Source: a virus
Length of the DNA stretch: 64,000 bases
Virus record (IMG/VR): IMGVR_UViG_3300033388_000874
Location: 639 to 64,638 of that record
Reading direction: 5' to 3' (one strand)
Both the position numbers and the translations under genes were made by a program. Every line of letters starts with the position of its first letter. The stretch's first letter is position 1. Below, one piece after another: positions 63,444 through 64,000 of the stretch. Below the pieces are notes generated by a model. It worked only from the letters and a program-made list of their open reading frames with translations, made no database searches and was not told the origin of the DNA.

Positions 63444-64000
63444 TGGCGTATGCAGTCAACTGGACTACAAAGGTCATTACCGTCCCTTTAGTGGACTTGA
63501 CCTTTGTATCTGGTACTAACTACACGCTTGATGCAGCAGATGTCTGGATCGAGTTACGTCGCTTGGAGGCTTCTCCGAGTGATGGCCTTTGGGCAGACCA
63601 GATAGCCGAGTTCGTCAATACTCAGGTGCTATCTGGCCTGTCCTATTCGGCCATTCTGAAAATGATTAACGGCTACACATGGGACACTGACACGACCAAC
63701 AAAACGATTTCATTGCTCGGAATCAATAACAATTTGTTGGATACGTTCGTTCCCGGTAGTGGCATCTCTGTTCTAGCAAACAACTCTGGCGGTAAAATTA
63801 CGGTAGATAGTGGTCTATCTGCCATCACCCAGCAGGATAAGGATGACATTGAGAGTCAAGTTCATCTGCACCACATGGAGAATGGTGAAACATTTGAGGA
63901 GCAGATTAGGCTCGTCCGAGCGGAAGCTGCGGGCAAGATTGTCGTAGCTGGCACCGAACACCGAATCAGAAATGCTGCGGATACGAAAGACCGCATCATT
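63444..64000 (+). CDS. hypothetical structural protein, 3'-truncated by the window end
   Basis: ORF 'MAYAVNWTTKVITVPLVDL...' open to the last base of the window; RBS GAGAGCTAGGATATGG. Confidence 0.35.

Overview
This window reads as a nearly complete genome, or a very large part of one, of a tailed dsDNA phage. GC content is about 55% and there is a T7-like head module (acidic scaffold followed by capsid), so the host is probably a proteobacterium. No rRNA, tRNA or CRISPR array was found.

The window splits into two divergent transcription units. They start at a roughly 330-bp control region at about 53.09-53.42 kb and converge at about 29.8 kb.

(1) Plus strand, late/structural genes, 53.4 kb to the window end and then 0.4 to 29.8 kb:
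- small proteins, an SPFH/band-7 protein and a ribbon-helix-helix (RHH) regulator;
- a terminase large subunit (TerL) with Walker A GPVGSGKS, a portal and three large virion proteins;
- after the window start: scaffold, major capsid and a Tphi-like terminator;
- several tail proteins, including an 880-aa LamG/ConA-like protein and two tail fibres that share the N-terminal anchor 'MANTI...GELA.N..D.KLY';
- a sulfotransferase moron and a lysis cassette (lipoprotein, GH108 endolysin, three small membrane proteins);
- a GNAT acetyltransferase and two proteins with Gly-rich 'ADGG(I/V)V' motifs;
- a 2676-aa giant protein with an HExxH zincin motif that resembles the polyvalent ejected proteins of phages;
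- a Zn-ribbon fused to a calcineurin-like metallophosphoesterase, and a small HExxH peptidase.

(2) Minus strand, early/replication genes, 53.1 down to 29.8 kb:
- many small proteins, including lipoproteins and membrane proteins;
- a MoxR-like AAA+ ATPase, an acidic 434-aa protein, a vWA/metallopeptidase protein, a 265-aa protein and a membrane HExxH protein;
- family-A DNA polymerase, a Cas4-like PD-(D/E)xK nuclease, a VRR-NUC nuclease and an SNF2 helicase;
- a putative ssDNA-binding protein and an AEP primase-polymerase fused to an SF3-like helicase;
- four tandem, translationally coupled small paralogs;
- a DUF5664 dNTP-diphosphohydrolase-like protein, a degenerate HNH protein and a small outer-membrane beta-barrel.

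The most striking signal not explained by coding is a 15-17-bp imperfect palindrome, (C)TTACAAC-N-GTTGTAA(G). It occurs 10 times, only in the 42.9-53.1 kb early region. Eight copies sit immediately 5' of the Shine-Dalgarno sequence of a minus-strand gene. That pattern points to a phage-specific promoter or operator, or a 5'-UTR RNA hairpin, repeated in front of early genes.

Other non-coding signals:
- a roughly 500-bp intergenic, iteron-rich and AT-rich candidate origin at 51.99-52.50 kb;
- an 18-bp junction sequence perfectly conserved between tandem small genes;
- a tandem 18-bp duplication at the DNA polymerase start.

All functional calls come from motif-level reading of the translated ORFs. 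No database search was run.
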